A program made the translations under genes and the position numbers. Below the pieces are notes generated by a model. It made no database searches. It was not told the DNA's origin and was given only the letters and a program-made list of their open reading frames with translations. From a virus (Duplodnaviria > Caudoviricetes), in the IMG/VR virus record IMGVR_UViG_3300042309_002730, positions 1-27,517 of that record: 27,517 nucleotides of DNA, one strand, 5' to 3'. Numbering within the stretch: the stretch's first letter is position 1; every line of letters begins with the position of its first letter. Shown piece by piece: positions 26,530 to 27,517 of the stretch.

Positions 26530-26965
26530 CTACTTGTCCGCCTCCGGCGACTTGGGGATTCCGGATGGACTCAGGGCAAGGCGGAAGCCGCCGATGTTGA
26601 AACGGTACGACAGGTCGCCCCAGTTACGAGCGCCGGACCTGCAATACGCGGCCTCGAAGTACCAACTGCCGCCACGGCGCACGCGGATCGAGCCCTCACG
26701 TGGGCCAGTCGGATCGCTGACTGCACCTTTTGGATATTCTTCGTGCCAGTCGCTGCACCATTCCCAAACATTCCCATGCATGTCGTAAAGACCCCTGGCA
26801 TTCGGTTCCAAAAGGCCAACCGTATGTGTCCGGTCAGAACTGTTGCGATTAAACCAACCGTGCTCGGGCAGCAAACCCTCTTCATCATCAAACGAATAAG
26901 CCGTCTTGCTACCAGCGCGACACGCGTATTCCCACTGGGCCTCGGTCGGTAAGCGATAGCCATCG
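26530..26965 (-). pseudogene. 5'-truncated FGE-sulfatase (SUMF1 / CLec-fold) domain gene
   Basis: [34 protein letters not shown]...GFR. The N-terminal half of the domain is missing. Confidence 0.8.
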
Positions 26966-27517
26966 ATAAAGACTTCAAGTGAGAGACCGAAAGAGCGAAT
27001 CCCACTGATGCTGTTGCATATGTGGTACAAAAAGCAAGTGCAACTTGCCGGGGTGTCTCACGGGCTGTGATTCGTAAGTGACCTCCCAGGAAGGACTTGC
27101 GGCTTACCCACCCGTGTCTTGCGAGCGGTTGGAAAAGAGTTCGTTTTGCTCAGGTGTTGCCGCTTGCCGAACTAACTGCTAGAAGTTTTCGGATGGATGC
27201 CGTCGGTATGGGAGCTTCGGCCTGTCGATCGAGTGTCGGGACCAGCCTGCAGGTAGTGGGCTTTTTAGTAAGCTGGATACACCTAAGCGATTTCGGAAAA
27301 TGGATCATCCAATTCAACATCTACCCACGGTCAACGTTCAGACGTACTACGCGGGCAAACATTCTCGCCAGATCGGGCTGCACGCTTGTAGTGCTCTGTT
27401 AACGAAGCTGACCACACCGCAGTCCTTGCAATTTGAGTCCAGTGGCCGTTGTCACAATTTCAATTTCCAGATCTCCAAAGCTGTCCAGACTGACTGGAAG
27501 TGCGGAATCCTAAGCAG

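Noticed and set aside
27031-27517. 101-aa ORF and other frames at the window end
   Set aside because: No recognisable product; hand-translated minus frames close quickly.
1-27517. CRISPR array, intact tRNA/rRNA, DGR reverse transcriptase, CI-type repressor
   Set aside because: None seen by eye; the repeats found lack regular repeat-spacer periodicity.

Overview
Most of the window (1 to about 22.97 kb) is the right-hand part of an integrated, lambda-like (GpA-terminase) prophage. The gene set suggests a Planctomycete host, which is inference. On the minus strand, reading leftwards, it carries an ECF-like sigma factor, a Sak4-like ATPase, a DUF669 protein, RusA, an SF2 helicase, a prim-pol/DUF3987 primase, an iteron-rich putative origin, a ParB-DNA methyltransferase with a 275-aa intein, small and large terminase, an NrdR-like Zn-ribbon protein, a gpW-like gene, the portal and a protease-scaffold-capsid fusion that runs off the window. 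A DUF2924 / large serine recombinase / accessory-gene module is transcribed divergently. Between the methyltransferase and terS sits a 4-kb cassette of nine plus-strand accessory genes (amidoligase, acidic protein, HARE-HTH protein, DUF4314 and others). The most striking observation is a stop-free 1422-codon minus-strand frame that spans this cassette exactly, from the methyltransferase stop to an overlap with the terS start. Eight of the nine cassette genes are in its register and all spacers between them are multiples of 3, which suggests a selected 'translational bridge'. Other notable items are a type II hammerhead ribozyme in the cassette, three copies of a GCGYGCAY-N15-GCATARRTAA promoter that probably belongs to the phage sigma factor, and a GIY-YIG-like domain inside the intein. 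To the right of the prophage are a SAP-domain / wHTH-Zn-ribbon gene pair, a tyrosine integrase remnant and a truncated FGE-sulfatase gene whose 3' end resembles a DGR variable region. All family assignments come from motif recognition by eye; no searches were run.
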